A stretch of DNA of 32,000 bases from Propionibacterium ruminifibrarum (lineage in GTDB: Bacteria; Actinomycetota; Actinomycetes; Propionibacteriales; Propionibacteriaceae): positions 238,706 through 270,705 of the forward strand of contig NZ_OMOH01000001.1 in assembly GCF_900289195.1 (NCBI RefSeq). The letters run 5' to 3'. Position numbers and translations under genes: made by a program. Of this stretch, positions 1 through 9,098 are shown piece after piece. The notes beneath the pieces were generated by a model that ran no database searches, had not been told where the DNA came from, and saw only the letters and a program-made list of their open reading frames with translations. Numbering within the stretch: the first letter of the stretch is position 1; each line of letters begins with the position of its first letter.

Positions 1-226
1 CGGTCAGGTGCTGGAGCGGTTCGCCGCTGCTGCGGCGGACGAGCAGTTCCTCGTAGCGGCGTGCCACGACGTCGTCGAGTTCCCGGGTCGTGGCCAGCCC
101 CGACGGTTCCAGTCGTGCGGCATGGGCCAGCAGGAGCCGGGCGTCGGCGCGGGGGGTCGGCAGGCCGGCCCGGGCGAGGCGCTCGATGCCCTCGCGGATC
201 ATCGCCGCGGGACGGTTGGGGGTCAT
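1..226 (-). CDS. prmC: Release-factor glutamine N5-methyltransferase PrmC/HemK, N-terminal part (gene runs off the left edge)
   Basis: Minus-strand ATG at 226-224 overlaps the prfA stop (ATGA). My translation is [74 protein letters not shown], which reads like the PrmC N-terminal helical domain. The prfA-prmC order is conserved. Confidence 0.8.
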   Translation of the reverse strand, partial: MTPNRPAAMIREGIERLARAGLPTPRADARLLLAHAARLEPSGLATTRELDDVVARRYEELLVRRSSGEPLQHLT

Positions 227-1299
227 CGCCGGCCCACCTGGTTGAGACGCTCGGCCAGATCGGCCTCGTGAAGCGCCGCGAGGACCGGGCCGAGTTCCCC
301 TGCGAGGACGGCATCCAGGTTGTGCGCCTTGAAGCCGATGCGGTGGTCGGTGATGCGGTTCTCGGGGAAGTTGTAGGTGCGGATGCGCTCCGAGCGGTCG
401 ACCGTGCGCACCTGGGAACGCCGGGCCTGCTCCGCGGCCGCGGCGGCCTCCTGCTCGGCGGCGGCGGCGAGACGCGCGCGCAGGATCCGCATGGCCTGCT
501 CCTTGTTCTGCAGCTGGCTGCGCTGGTCCTGGCAGGTGACGACGATGCCACTGGGCAGGTGCGTGATCCGTACGGCCGAGTCGGTGGTGTTGACGCCCTG
601 ACCGCCCTTGCCGGTGGAGCGGTAGACATCGATGCGCAGGTCGTCGGGGTCGATCTCGATCTCGTCGTCCTCGACGTCGGGCATGACGAGGACGCCGGCG
701 GCCGAGGTGTGGATGCGCCCGGACGACTCGGTGACGGGGACGCGCTGGACGCGGTGCACCCCGCCCTCGAACTTGAGGACCCCGTAGGGCGCCTCGTCGA
801 CGCCCTGGCCCGGGCGTGCGCGGAAGGCAACGGTGACCGACTTGTAGCCGCCAAGGTCGGTGCCCTCGGCCTCGAGCACCTCGACGACCCAGCCGGCGTG
901 CTCGGCGTAACGCCTGTACATGGTCAGCAGATCGCCGGCGAACAGGGCCGACTCCTCACCGCCCTCGCCCGACCTGATCTCCATGATCGCGTCGTCGGCG
1001 TCGTTGGGATCGCGCGGCGCCAGGAGCCGGGTGAGCCGGTCGGCGGCGGCCTCACGGCGGGCGCCGAGTGAGACGACCTCGGCGGCGAAACCCGGGTCGT
1101 CGCCGGCCAGCTCCTCGGCGGCGGCGAGGTCGCCGGTGAGCCGGTCGTACTCGTCGAGGGTTCTCACGATGCCGATCAGCTCCGAGTACCGGCGTCCGAG
1201 GAGACGCGAACGTTTGGGGTCGCCGACCACCTCGGGGTCGGCCAGCTGGGTCTCGAGCTCGGCGAACTCGTCACGCAGTGACTGGGCGGCTTCGAACAC
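223..1299 (-). CDS. prfA: Peptide chain release factor 1
   Basis: 358-aa ORF with the GGQ motif ([25 protein letters not shown]) and the RF1-type PVT tripeptide ([14 protein letters not shown]). GTG start at 1299 is preceded by AAGGAG. Confidence 0.97.
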   Translation of the reverse strand: MFEAAQSLRDEFAELETQLADPEVVGDPKRSRLLGRRYSELIGIVRTLDEYDRLTGDLAAAEELAGDDPGFAAEVVSLGARREAAADRLTRLLAPRDPNDADDAIMEIRSGEGGEESALFAGDLLTMYRRYAEHAGWVVEVLEAEGTDLGGYKSVTVAFRARPGQGVDEAPYGVLKFEGGVHRVQRVPVTESSGRIHTSAAGVLVMPDVEDDEIEIDPDDLRIDVYRSTGKGGQGVNTTDSAVRITHLPSGIVVTCQDQRSQLQNKEQAMRILRARLAAAAEQEAAAAAEQARRSQVRTVDRSERIRTYNFPENRITDHRIGFKAHNLDAVLAGELGPVLAALHEADLAERLNQVGRR

Positions 1300-1369
1300 G
1301 TGGCACTCCTTTCCGGGTCCGTCGGCTTCCGGCGGTCGACCCGTACGACGGGCAGGTGGGCCAGGGACG

Positions 1370-1405
1370 ACTCAGGCGCCGAGGGAACTCCCCCGGCGCC
1401 TGAGT
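1370..1405 (-). terminator. Perfect 12-bp stem hairpin just downstream of rpmE
   Basis: ACTCAGGCGCCG (1370-1381) pairs perfectly with CGGCGCCTGAGT (1394-1405) around a 12-nt loop. It lies 12 nt after the rpmE stop and has no U-tract, as is common for actinobacterial terminators. Confidence 0.5.
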
Positions 1406-1416
1406 GGGACGAGAGC

Positions 1417-1635
1417 CTACTTGGCTCCCTGACGCTTGCCGTATCGACGTTCGAAGCGCGCCACACGACCACCGGTGTCGAGGATCTTCTGCTTGCCGGT
1501 GTAGAAGGGGTGGCAGTTGCTGCACACATCGGCCGTCATGGTCTGGCCGGGGTAGGTGCTGCGCGTGGTGAACTCGTTGCCGCAGGTGCACACGACCCTG
1601 ACGTCGTGGTACTCGGGATGGGTGGCCTTCTTCAT
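1417..1635 (-). CDS. rpmE: 50S ribosomal protein L31, Zn-binding (type A)
   Basis: [66 protein letters not shown]. CxC...CxxC zinc ligands are present. I chose the internal ATG at 1635 (preceded by AGGAGA) rather than the track start at 1746. Confidence 0.95.
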   Translation of the reverse strand: MKKATHPEYHDVRVVCTCGNEFTTRSTYPGQTMTADVCSNCHPFYTGKQKILDTGGRVARFERRYGKRQGAK

Positions 1636-1785
1636 GTTCTTCTCCTGTTTCCTCGTTCCGGGTCGCCCTCGTGGGGCCCCGCGCGAAGTGCGGGGCGGGC
1701 GTGAACCGGAGCGCCGCTCAATGGTAGCCGACGGGTCCAGGTTCATCCAGCGTGCCCGACGGCCAGCGCCGGGGCAGGACCCGCG

Positions 1786-3630
1786 TCAGTCACTACCGGG
1801 TGTCGTCCGGGAGATGACGACCAGGAACTCCGAGTTGTTGCGGGTCTTGCGCAAGCGGCCGAGCAGGGTCTCCGTGGCCTTCTGCTCGTCCAGGCCGGAC
1901 AGCACGCGCCGCAGCTTCCAGATGATGTCGCGTTCCTGGGCGCTCATCAGCAGCTCCTCACGACGAGTGCTGGACGCGTCGACGTTGATGGCCGGGAAGA
2001 TGCGCTTGTCGGCGAGCTGGCGCGACAGGCGCAGTTCCATGTTGCCGGTGCCCTTGAACTCCTCGAAGATGACCTCGTCCATCTTGGACCCGGTTTCTAC
2101 CAGCGCGGTGGCGAGGATCGTCAGCGAACCGCCGTTCTCGATGTTGCGGGCCGCCCCGAAAAACTTCTTGGGCGGGTACAGGGCCGCGGAGTCGACACCG
2201 CCGGACAGGATCCGGCCCGACGCCGGGGCGGCCAGGTTGTAGGCGCGGCCGAGGCGGGTGATCCCGTCGAGGAGGATCACGACGTCACGCCCCAGCTCGA
2301 CCAGGCGCTTGGCGCGTTCGATGGCGAGCTCTGCGATGGTCGTGTGATCCTCGGCGGGACGGTCGAAGGTCGAGGCGATGACCTCGGCCGTGGTCGTGCG
2401 CTGGAAATCGGTGACCTCCTCGGGACGCTCGTCCACCAGGACGACCATGAGGTGCACCTCGGGGTTGTTGACCGTGATGGCGTTGGCGATGTTCTGCATG
2501 ACCATCGTCTTGCCGGCCTTGGGCGGCGAGACGACCAGCCCGCGCTGCCCCTTGCCGATCGGCGACATGAGATCGATGATGCGGCCGGTCATGTTGGTCG
2601 GCGTCGTCTCCATGCGCAGGCGTTCCTGCGGGTACAGCGGCGTGAGCTTGGCGAATTCGGGACGTTGCCTCATGTTCTCCGGCGTGGTGCCGTTGACGGT
2701 GTCCAGGCGTACGAGGGGGTTGTACTTCTCGCGCCGCTCGCCCTCGCGGGGCTGGCGAATCGCGCCGGTGATGACGTCGCCCTTGCGCAGCCCGTTCTTG
2801 CGGACCATCGACAGTGAGACGTAGGCGTCGTTGGGCCCCGGCAGGTAGCCGCTGGTGCGGACGAAGGCGTAGTTGTCCAGGACGTCGAGGATGCCCGAAA
2901 CGTCGAGCAGGACGTCGTCCTCGCGTACCACCGGGTCCTCGAGCTCGTTCATGCCGCCCCGGCGACGGTTCGAGCGGTCACGGTTGCGGCGTCGGCGCGA
3001 GCGGCGCGATCCGCCGGACTCCTCGTCGTCGCGACGGTTGCGGTCACGGTTGCGACGCTGGTCTCCCCCGTTGGTCCTGGCCGGCTCGGTTTCGCTCGAT
3101 TTGCCGGAGAGACGGTCGAGCCGCGCACCGATCTCATCCGCGGTGTCGGGGTCGGTGCCCCGGGGTGTCCTGTCGTGCCCACCCGGGGCCCCCGGCTCGG
3201 CGGCGTTCTCCCGCGTGCGACGCTCTCCGGACAGTTGCTCGGCGGCCTCGAGACGAGCCGCCACGGCATCGGCGGTGGACAGCTTCTCCTCGAGTGGTCC
3301 CGCAGGCGCCTCGGCCTCGTGCCCGGCGACCTCCTGGTCCGCGTGGGCGTCGCTTCCCCTGCGGGTTCGGGCAACGGTTTTCCGGGCGCCCCCGCCGTCG
3401 CCGTTGACGCGGCGGTGGGCGGCCTGCCTGGGAGCCTCGTCCGCCTGCTCGCCGGTTTCCGGACGGTGGGCGCTGATCACCTCGACCAGATCGCCCTTGC
3501 GCATGCTTCCAGCGCCCTTGATCCCGAGTTTTGCGGCGACCGCCTTCAGCTCGGACAGTTTCATGGCGCTCAGCGCGGCGGTGGTGGAGCCCTCGCCCGC
3601 AGCAGCGGGGGAAGCCTGGGTTTCGGTCAC
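1786..3630 (-). CDS. rho: Transcription termination factor Rho with a long Arg/Asp-rich N-terminal insertion
   Basis: Rho_N helix (LSELKAVAAKLGIKGAGSMRKGDLVEVI), cold-shock-like RNA-binding domain (YAFVRTSGYLPGPNDAYVS) and Walker A (SPPKAGKT), with a C-terminus conserved to the end. Probable GTG start at 3630 follows AAAGGA. The open frame extends to an ATG at 3666. Confidence 0.95.
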   Translation of the reverse strand: MTETQASPAAAGEGSTTAALSAMKLSELKAVAAKLGIKGAGSMRKGDLVEVISAHRPETGEQADEAPRQAAHRRVNGDGGGARKTVARTRRGSDAHADQEVAGHEAEAPAGPLEEKLSTADAVAARLEAAEQLSGERRTRENAAEPGAPGGHDRTPRGTDPDTADEIGARLDRLSGKSSETEPARTNGGDQRRNRDRNRRDDEESGGSRRSRRRRNRDRSNRRRGGMNELEDPVVREDDVLLDVSGILDVLDNYAFVRTSGYLPGPNDAYVSLSMVRKNGLRKGDVITGAIRQPREGERREKYNPLVRLDTVNGTTPENMRQRPEFAKLTPLYPQERLRMETTPTNMTGRIIDLMSPIGKGQRGLVVSPPKAGKTMVMQNIANAITVNNPEVHLMVVLVDERPEEVTDFQRTTTAEVIASTFDRPAEDHTTIAELAIERAKRLVELGRDVVILLDGITRLGRAYNLAAPASGRILSGGVDSAALYPPKKFFGAARNIENGGSLTILATALVETGSKMDEVIFEEFKGTGNMELRLSRQLADKRIFPAINVDASSTRREELLMSAQERDIIWKLRRVLSGLDEQKATETLLGRLRKTRNNSEFLVVISRTTPGSD

Positions 3631-4010
3631 TGGAATCCTTTCAACAACCGCATGTGACTCCCGCACTGTGCCGAGGAGTCCTGGTGGTGCCGTACCGGTT
3701 CACCGATGACGGCTGACGTGTGGTGCGCCCGGACATGCGCCGCGCGCACCACCGGGGATCGGCGTGCCCGTACTGCGCGTCACGGTGATGAGGGATCGGT
3801 TCGGCGAGTCCCGGATCGCGGAGGCCGACGCGACGACAGCACGCGGCGGGTCCTGGACGAATGCGGATCCGGTGACCGGCCCGTTCGGCTCAACACCCGG
3901 GCTCAGTGAGAACAAGGGCTGGGTGGCCCCGTCACGGGACAACTGTAGCAGCGCCGGGCAACAACGGTGGCGTCCCGTGCACCCCTGACCACGAGAATCT
4001 GGCACACGTC

Positions 4011-4625
4011 TCAACGGGCCTCGATGGACTCCGCGGCCTGTTCGAAGAGGCTGGCCAGTGCGTCGTAGTCGGTGGCGACCGGCAGGTCGGGGAATTCGCT
4101 GATGACGTTCGGCGGCGGGCAGAACAGCGCACCGTAGTCGGCCTCACGCAGCATGCGGGTGTCGTTGTACGAGTCCCCTGCGGCCAGGGTCGTGAAGTTC
4201 AGCCCGCGGAAGGCCTTGACGGCCTCTCGCTTCTGGTCGGCCATGCGCAGCCGGTACCCGACGACACGATCGTTGTCGGTGACGAGGCTGTGGCAGAAGA
4301 TGGTCGGGCGCCCCATCTGGGCCATCAGCGGGTCGGCGAAGTCGTAGAAGGTGTCCGACAGGATGACGACCTGCCACCGCTCGCGCAACCAGTCGAGGAA
4401 CTCGACGGCGCCGGGCATGGGACCCATGTCGGCGATGACGTCCTTGATGACGCTCAGCCTCAGGTCGTGCTCGGCCATGACCGTGAGCCTGTGCCTCATC
4501 AGTTCGTCGTAATCACTGATGTCGCGGGTGGTCAGGCGCAGGTCATCGATACCGGTGGCCTCGGCGACACTGATCCAGATCTCGGGGACGAGAACGCCCT
4601 CCATGTCCAGGCAGGCAACGTGCAT
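4011..4625 (-). CDS. thrH: ThrH-type HAD enzyme (bifunctional phosphoserine phosphatase / homoserine phosphotransferase family)
   Basis: MHVACLDMEGVLVPEIWI...VILSDTFYDFADPLMAQMG...VVGYRLRMADQKREAVKAF...AAGDSYNDTRML is collinear with Pseudomonas ThrH as I recall it, including the DxEG HAD motif I and GDSYND motif. The ATG at 4625 is preceded by GGGGGA directly after the hom stop. Confidence 0.85.
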   Translation of the reverse strand: MHVACLDMEGVLVPEIWISVAEATGIDDLRLTTRDISDYDELMRHRLTVMAEHDLRLSVIKDVIADMGPMPGAVEFLDWLRERWQVVILSDTFYDFADPLMAQMGRPTIFCHSLVTDNDRVVGYRLRMADQKREAVKAFRGLNFTTLAAGDSYNDTRMLREADYGALFCPPPNVISEFPDLPVATDYDALASLFEQAAESIEAR

Positions 4626-4641
4626 GGTGCTCGCGTCCCCC

Positions 4642-5967
4642 TCAGACGCCCTCGACGCGCATGAAACGCACCTGACCGTGAACGTAACCGGTCTTCTCCA
4701 GCTCGGTGATGCATGCCATGACATCGGCCTCCCGCGCCAGGTGGGTGACCATCGACAGGACGGCGAGGTCGGGATGCTCCTCGGGGCGCTCGGCGTGCTG
4801 ATGCACCGAATGAATCGACACGCGGTGCTGGGCCAGCAGGCCGGCGACCGCGGCGAGCACGCCGGGCTGGTCGGCGACCTGGAATCTCAGGTGGTACCGG
4901 GTACGGGTCTGCCGCATCGGCGCGACCGCGAGCCCCTGGTACACCGAATGGGCCGGGTTCTCGACGCCGCGCAGCCTGTTGCGGGCAACGGTCACCAGGT
5001 CACCGGTCACGGCGCTGGCCGTCGGCGAGCCGCCGGCGCCGGGACCCATGAACATGAGCCGGCCCGCGTTGGCGGCTTCGATGAAGATCGCGTTGTTCGC
5101 ACCCGAGACCACCGCGAGCGGATGGCTGCGCGGAACCATGACCGGGTGCACGCGCACCTCGATGCGGCCCTCGTCGTCGAGCCTGGCGACCGCCAGGAGC
5201 TTGATGACGCAGTCCGCCAGCTCCGCCGCCTGGATGTCCTCGCTCGTGACGCCGGTGATGCCCTCCCGGTAGACGTCGTCGATGCGGACCGACGAGTGGA
5301 AGGCCAGGGAGGCCAGGATGGCGGCCTTGGACGCGGCGTCGAATCCTTCGATGTCGGCCGTCGGGTCGGCCTCGGCGTAACCGAGTTTCTGCGCGGTGGC
5401 GAGGGCCGTCGCGAAGTCCTGATGCTCGGTGGTCATCTTGTCGAGTATGTAGTTGGTGGTTCCGTTGACGATGCCCATGACGGCCAGGATCTGGTCGCCG
5501 ACGAGTGACTCGCGCAGCGGTCGCACGATCGGGATGGCGCCGGCCACTGCGGCCTCGTAGTAGATGTCGACGCCCTTGCGCTCCGCTGCGGCGTAGATCT
5601 CCTCGCCGTGCTTGGCCAGCAGCGCCTTGTTGGCCGTGACGATGGAGGCGCCGTGCTCGATGGCGGACAGGATGAGCTGGCGGGGCGGGTCGATGCCTCC
5701 GATGAGTTCGATGACGATGTCTGCGCCGCTGTCGGCGACCAGGGCGGCAGGATCCTCGGTGAGCAGTTCGTCGGGGATGCCCGGACGTGGCAGGGAGGCG
5801 TCACGAACCGCGACGCCGACCAGCTCGAGCACGCAACCGCTCTTCGCCGCGAGATCTGCACGCTGGGTCAGCAATGTATGGGCAACCTTGGCCCCCACGG
5901 TGCCGCAGCCGAGCAGTGCCACCTTCAGGACGCGTTGAGTGGTTGAATTCTTCGTTTCGTCGGTCAT
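4642..5967 (-). CDS. hom: Homoserine dehydrogenase
   Basis: 441 aa. N-terminal NAD-binding GxGxxG (VALLGCGTVGAKV), a homoserine dehydrogenase catalytic core and a C-terminal ACT domain. It lies 9 nt downstream of lysA. Confidence 0.95.
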   Translation of the reverse strand: MTDETKNSTTQRVLKVALLGCGTVGAKVAHTLLTQRADLAAKSGCVLELVGVAVRDASLPRPGIPDELLTEDPAALVADSGADIVIELIGGIDPPRQLILSAIEHGASIVTANKALLAKHGEEIYAAAERKGVDIYYEAAVAGAIPIVRPLRESLVGDQILAVMGIVNGTTNYILDKMTTEHQDFATALATAQKLGYAEADPTADIEGFDAASKAAILASLAFHSSVRIDDVYREGITGVTSEDIQAAELADCVIKLLAVARLDDEGRIEVRVHPVMVPRSHPLAVVSGANNAIFIEAANAGRLMFMGPGAGGSPTASAVTGDLVTVARNRLRGVENPAHSVYQGLAVAPMRQTRTRYHLRFQVADQPGVLAAVAGLLAQHRVSIHSVHQHAERPEEHPDLAVLSMVTHLAREADVMACITELEKTGYVHGQVRFMRVEGV

Positions 5968-5976
5968 CTCGCCCTC

Positions 5977-7380
5977 TCAGTCACCAACATCCAGGCTCAT
6001 CAGATCATCCATGGTCTCACGGCGAATCATAGGGTGCAGCGCGCCCCCGCTCACGCGCACCACGGGAGGACGCAGCGCGTGGTTGTAGTTGCTGGCCATC
6101 TCGCGGCTGTAGGCACCCATCCCCGGCACCGCGATGAGATCGCCGGGAACGATGTCGCCGGGCAGGAAGACGTCGCGCACCAGGATGTCGCCCCCCTCGC
6201 AGTGCTTTCCGACGACGCGGGACAGCACCGCGGTCTCGTCGGAGATCCGATTGGCCAGGACGCCGGAGTACTCGGCCGCGTACAGGGCGGGACGGATGTT
6301 GTCGCTCATGCCGCCGTCGACGCTCACGTACAGGCGCTGGGCACCGCCGTCAAGGTCGACGACCTTCACCGTGCCGACCGTGTAGACGGCCATGGTGCTG
6401 GGCCCGGCGATCGCCCGGCCGGGCTCGATGGACATCCGGGGCACGTCGATGTTGTAGGCGCGCGCCTCGTGCTCGACGATGTCGCGCAGTCCTGCGGCCA
6501 GGTGCTCGGGAGTCGCCGGGGAGTCCGCGCTCGTGTAGGCGATCCCGAAGCCACCGCCCAGGTCGAGTTGGGGCAGGTGGGAGCCGGTCGCGTCGGCGAA
6601 CTGGCTCATCAGTTTGATGGTGCGACGCGCGGCGATCTCGAAACCGCCGGTGTCGAAGATCTGGGAGCCGATGTGGCTGTGCACGCCGAGCAGCTCGATG
6701 TAGGGGCTGTAGTGGCAGCGGACCATGGCAACCATGGCCTGGCCGTTGGCGATCGAGAAACCGAATTTCTGGTCCTCGTGGGCCGTGGCGATGTACTCGT
6801 GGGTGTGCGCCTCGACGCCGGGGGTCACGCGCACCATGACCCTGGCCTGCCAGCCGCCCGCGCTGCACAACTCCTCGATGCGGGCGATCTCGTCCAGCGA
6901 GTCGACGATGATGCGGCCCACGCCGTTGCGCAGCGCGAGCTCGAGTTCGTCGGGGGTCTTGTTGTTCCCGTGCATGCCGATCCGGTTCGGATCCATTCCG
7001 CCGGCGAGGGCCACGACCAGTTCGCCCCCGGAGCAGACGTCGAGGTCGAGGTCCTCCTCGGCGATGATGCGTGCGATCGTCCGCGTCAGCATCGCCTTGC
7101 CGGCGTAGTAGACGTCCCAGCCGGAGAATGCCCTGGCGAACTCACGGGCTCTGGACCGGAAATCGGCCTCGTCGAAGAGGTAGACCGGTGAACCCTCCCG
7201 CTCGATCGCGGTTCGCACGTCGACACCGCCCACCTCGAGGCAACCGGCCTCGTTGCGCCTGACCGTTCGACTCCACAGCGCCGGGTCGAGGGCATTGGGG
7301 TCGTCGGGCCGGGTGAGCCATTGCGGGCTCGGGGCTGCGACGTCGGCGTGAACCGCGCCGGCAACATGCATATGAGTCAC
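5977..7380 (-). CDS. lysA: Diaminopimelate decarboxylase
   Basis: PLP-dependent Orn/DAP/Arg decarboxylase family (YAGKA lysine, HSHIGSQ, GGGFGI, CESGD-like CEGGD). Start is probably GTG at 7380 (GGAAGGA upstream) or ATG at 7371. The track start at 7467 is over-extended. Confidence 0.93.
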   Translation of the reverse strand: MTHMHVAGAVHADVAAPSPQWLTRPDDPNALDPALWSRTVRRNEAGCLEVGGVDVRTAIEREGSPVYLFDEADFRSRAREFARAFSGWDVYYAGKAMLTRTIARIIAEEDLDLDVCSGGELVVALAGGMDPNRIGMHGNNKTPDELELALRNGVGRIIVDSLDEIARIEELCSAGGWQARVMVRVTPGVEAHTHEYIATAHEDQKFGFSIANGQAMVAMVRCHYSPYIELLGVHSHIGSQIFDTGGFEIAARRTIKLMSQFADATGSHLPQLDLGGGFGIAYTSADSPATPEHLAAGLRDIVEHEARAYNIDVPRMSIEPGRAIAGPSTMAVYTVGTVKVVDLDGGAQRLYVSVDGGMSDNIRPALYAAEYSGVLANRISDETAVLSRVVGKHCEGGDILVRDVFLPGDIVPGDLIAVPGMGAYSREMASNYNHALRPPVVRVSGGALHPMIRRETMDDLMSLDVGD

Positions 7381-7526
7381 GATGCACAATCCTTCCAGAC
7401 CGGATCGAAGCTTTCCAGACGAAGGCCCGGCCACCCGCCGGCTCCAACGGCCCCGGCGCGGCGCCATTCGCCACCGCCCTCACCAGGGCGCTATGCTGAA
7501 GCGCGGCCCACCAGATCGGGGGCCAT

Positions 7527-7598
7527 GCTCCCGTAGCTCAGGGGATAGAGCACCGCCCTCCGGAGGCGGGTGCGAGGGTTCGAATCCCTCCGGGAGCG
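7527..7598 (+). tRNA. tRNA-Arg (anticodon CCG)
   Basis: Hand-folded cloverleaf: acceptor GCTCCCG/CGGGAGC, D arm GCTC-AGGGGATA-GAGC, anticodon arm CCGCC-CTCCGGA-GGCGG, T arm GAGGG-TTCGAAT-CCCTC, discriminator G. CCA is not encoded. Confidence 0.93.
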
Positions 7599-7685
7599 CC
7601 CTACGACCGAACCTACCTCGCGCATCGGCGCGGGGCCTTGCAGCTGAATGGGCGGTGCTCGCCACCTGGCCGCGGAAGGGGCACG

Positions 7686-9098
7686 ATGACGGCAGACCAG
7701 CCACTCATCGGTACCGGTGCCACCGCCGCCACCCCTTCGGGCCTGTCCACCCGCATCTCGCGTCAGATCACGCTGGCCTTCACCCGCGAGCGCCTCCAGT
7801 CGGGTCGCTTCCTGCTGTTCTTCTGGTTCGTCGCCCGTCTGGTCATCTGCTGCATCTGGGCCTTCCTGACCCCCTCGACGCAGGGAGACGTCGTCTACTA
7901 CTACGAGAAGATCCAGGTCTTGTTCGACTCCGGGCCGGCGAGCACGCTCACCGAATACCCCACCCCGGTCATCGCCCTGCTGGTCGTCCCCTACCTGCTC
8001 GGGTTCGGCACCCAGCACGGTTACGTGGTGGCCTTCGCCCTCATGATGCTGGCCCTCGACGCGGCCTTCACCTGGTCGCTCTGGCACACCGGTGGCGCGA
8101 TGAAGGGGCAGGCGGTCGTCTTCTGGACGCTCTTCCTGGCCCTGGTCGGTCCGACCGCCTATCTGCGCTTCGATCTTCTCACCAGCGTCCTCGCCGGCTG
8201 GTCCGTCATCTTCCTGCTGCGCCGTCACCACGTCACCGCGGGCGCCCTGACGGCGGCGGGTGCCGCGGTGAAGCTGTGGCCCGCGCTGCTGTGGCCGGCC
8301 CTGCTGCCCGGCTCCAGGCGCCAGAAGATCACCACGACGGCCGGTTTCGCGGTCACCGGAATCGTCCTGGTGCTGGCCTCCATCGGGTTCGCCGGCTGGG
8401 ACCGCCTCATGTCGCCGCTGCACTGGCAGTCGGGGCGGGGCCTGCAGATCGAGTCCATCGCGGCCACGCCGCCGATGCTCGGACGAGCACTCGGGACCGG
8501 TGACTACGTGGTGACCCTCAGCCGCTACCAGGCCTACGAGATCTGGGGGCCGGGCGTGAGCGCGATCGTCGCGGTCGCCGACATGGCCTTCTACGTGGGC
8601 ATCGTCGCCGCGCTTCTCGCCTATCTGGTGTGGTTGTGGCGTGGCCATGGCCGCATCATCGAGGCAGTCGCCCTGCTGCAGCTGGTGATCCTCATCATGA
8701 TCGTCACGAACAAGACCTTCAGCCCGCAGTACATCATGTGGATCGGTGGCCCTCAGGCAGCCGCGTACGCCGTGCTCGGTGCGCGCAGCCAGCGCACCGA
8801 GAGCTTCTTCACGGATCGTTCGCGCATGAACGCGATCTCGATGTGGATGCTCGTGGCCACCGCCTTCACCCTGCTCGTCTATCCGCTCAGCTATGACCGC
8901 CTGGTCAGCGACTGGAACGTCAGCGACGAGCTGCTGCGCCTGCCGGCCACGGTGCTGCTGGCCCTGCGCAACGTCGCGGTGGTCATCGTCCTGGGGCTCG
9001 TGGTGCGCTGGGTGTGGAGCTACCTGCGCCCGTCGGCGGTCAGGGCCGTTCGCGCTCGACGTGGCGGGACCGTCCTCCCCCCTGGTCCAGGACGATGA
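7686..9098 (+). CDS. GT87 / DUF2029-family polytopic membrane glycosyltransferase (polyprenyl-phosphate-sugar dependent, GT-C type), paralogue 1
   Basis: Multi-TM protein with a first-loop Asp motif (QGDVVYYYE), TEYPTPV, KLWPALL, WQSGRGLQIES and NKTFSPQY blocks. ATG at 7686 follows GAAGGGG. The family call rests on remembered motifs, not a search. Confidence 0.7.
   Translation: MTADQPLIGTGATAATPSGLSTRISRQITLAFTRERLQSGRFLLFFWFVARLVICCIWAFLTPSTQGDVVYYYEKIQVLFDSGPASTLTEYPTPVIALLVVPYLLGFGTQHGYVVAFALMMLALDAAFTWSLWHTGGAMKGQAVVFWTLFLALVGPTAYLRFDLLTSVLAGWSVIFLLRRHHVTAGALTAAGAAVKLWPALLWPALLPGSRRQKITTTAGFAVTGIVLVLASIGFAGWDRLMSPLHWQSGRGLQIESIAATPPMLGRALGTGDYVVTLSRYQAYEIWGPGVSAIVAVADMAFYVGIVAALLAYLVWLWRGHGRIIEAVALLQLVILIMIVTNKTFSPQYIMWIGGPQAAAYAVLGARSQRTESFFTDRSRMNAISMWMLVATAFTLLVYPLSYDRLVSDWNVSDELLRLPATVLLALRNVAVVIVLGLVVRWVWSYLRPSAVRAVRARRGGTVLPPGPGR

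Noticed and set aside
1417-1746. Over-extended track ORFs: rpmE to 1746, thrH to 4724, lysA to 7467, aroA from 13597, serA to 22321, permease to 25487, mntP to 28897, methyltransferase from 29828
   Set aside because: The upstream extensions are Arg/Pro/Ser-rich and lack homology. They overlap neighbouring genes, promoters or the riboswitch. Internal starts with SD-like boxes reproduce the canonical protein N-termini.
3764-3988. 74-aa plus-strand ORF inside the rho upstream gap (and the minus-strand 104-aa ORF at 3700-4014)
   Set aside because: The plus-strand ORF has fairly high GC3 and a GGGGA box before its GTG. However, the sequence is not protein-like, has no recognisable family, and lies on the opposite strand to all neighbours. 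The minus-strand ORF is Arg/Cys-rich nonsense. Neither is supportable without conservation or expression data.
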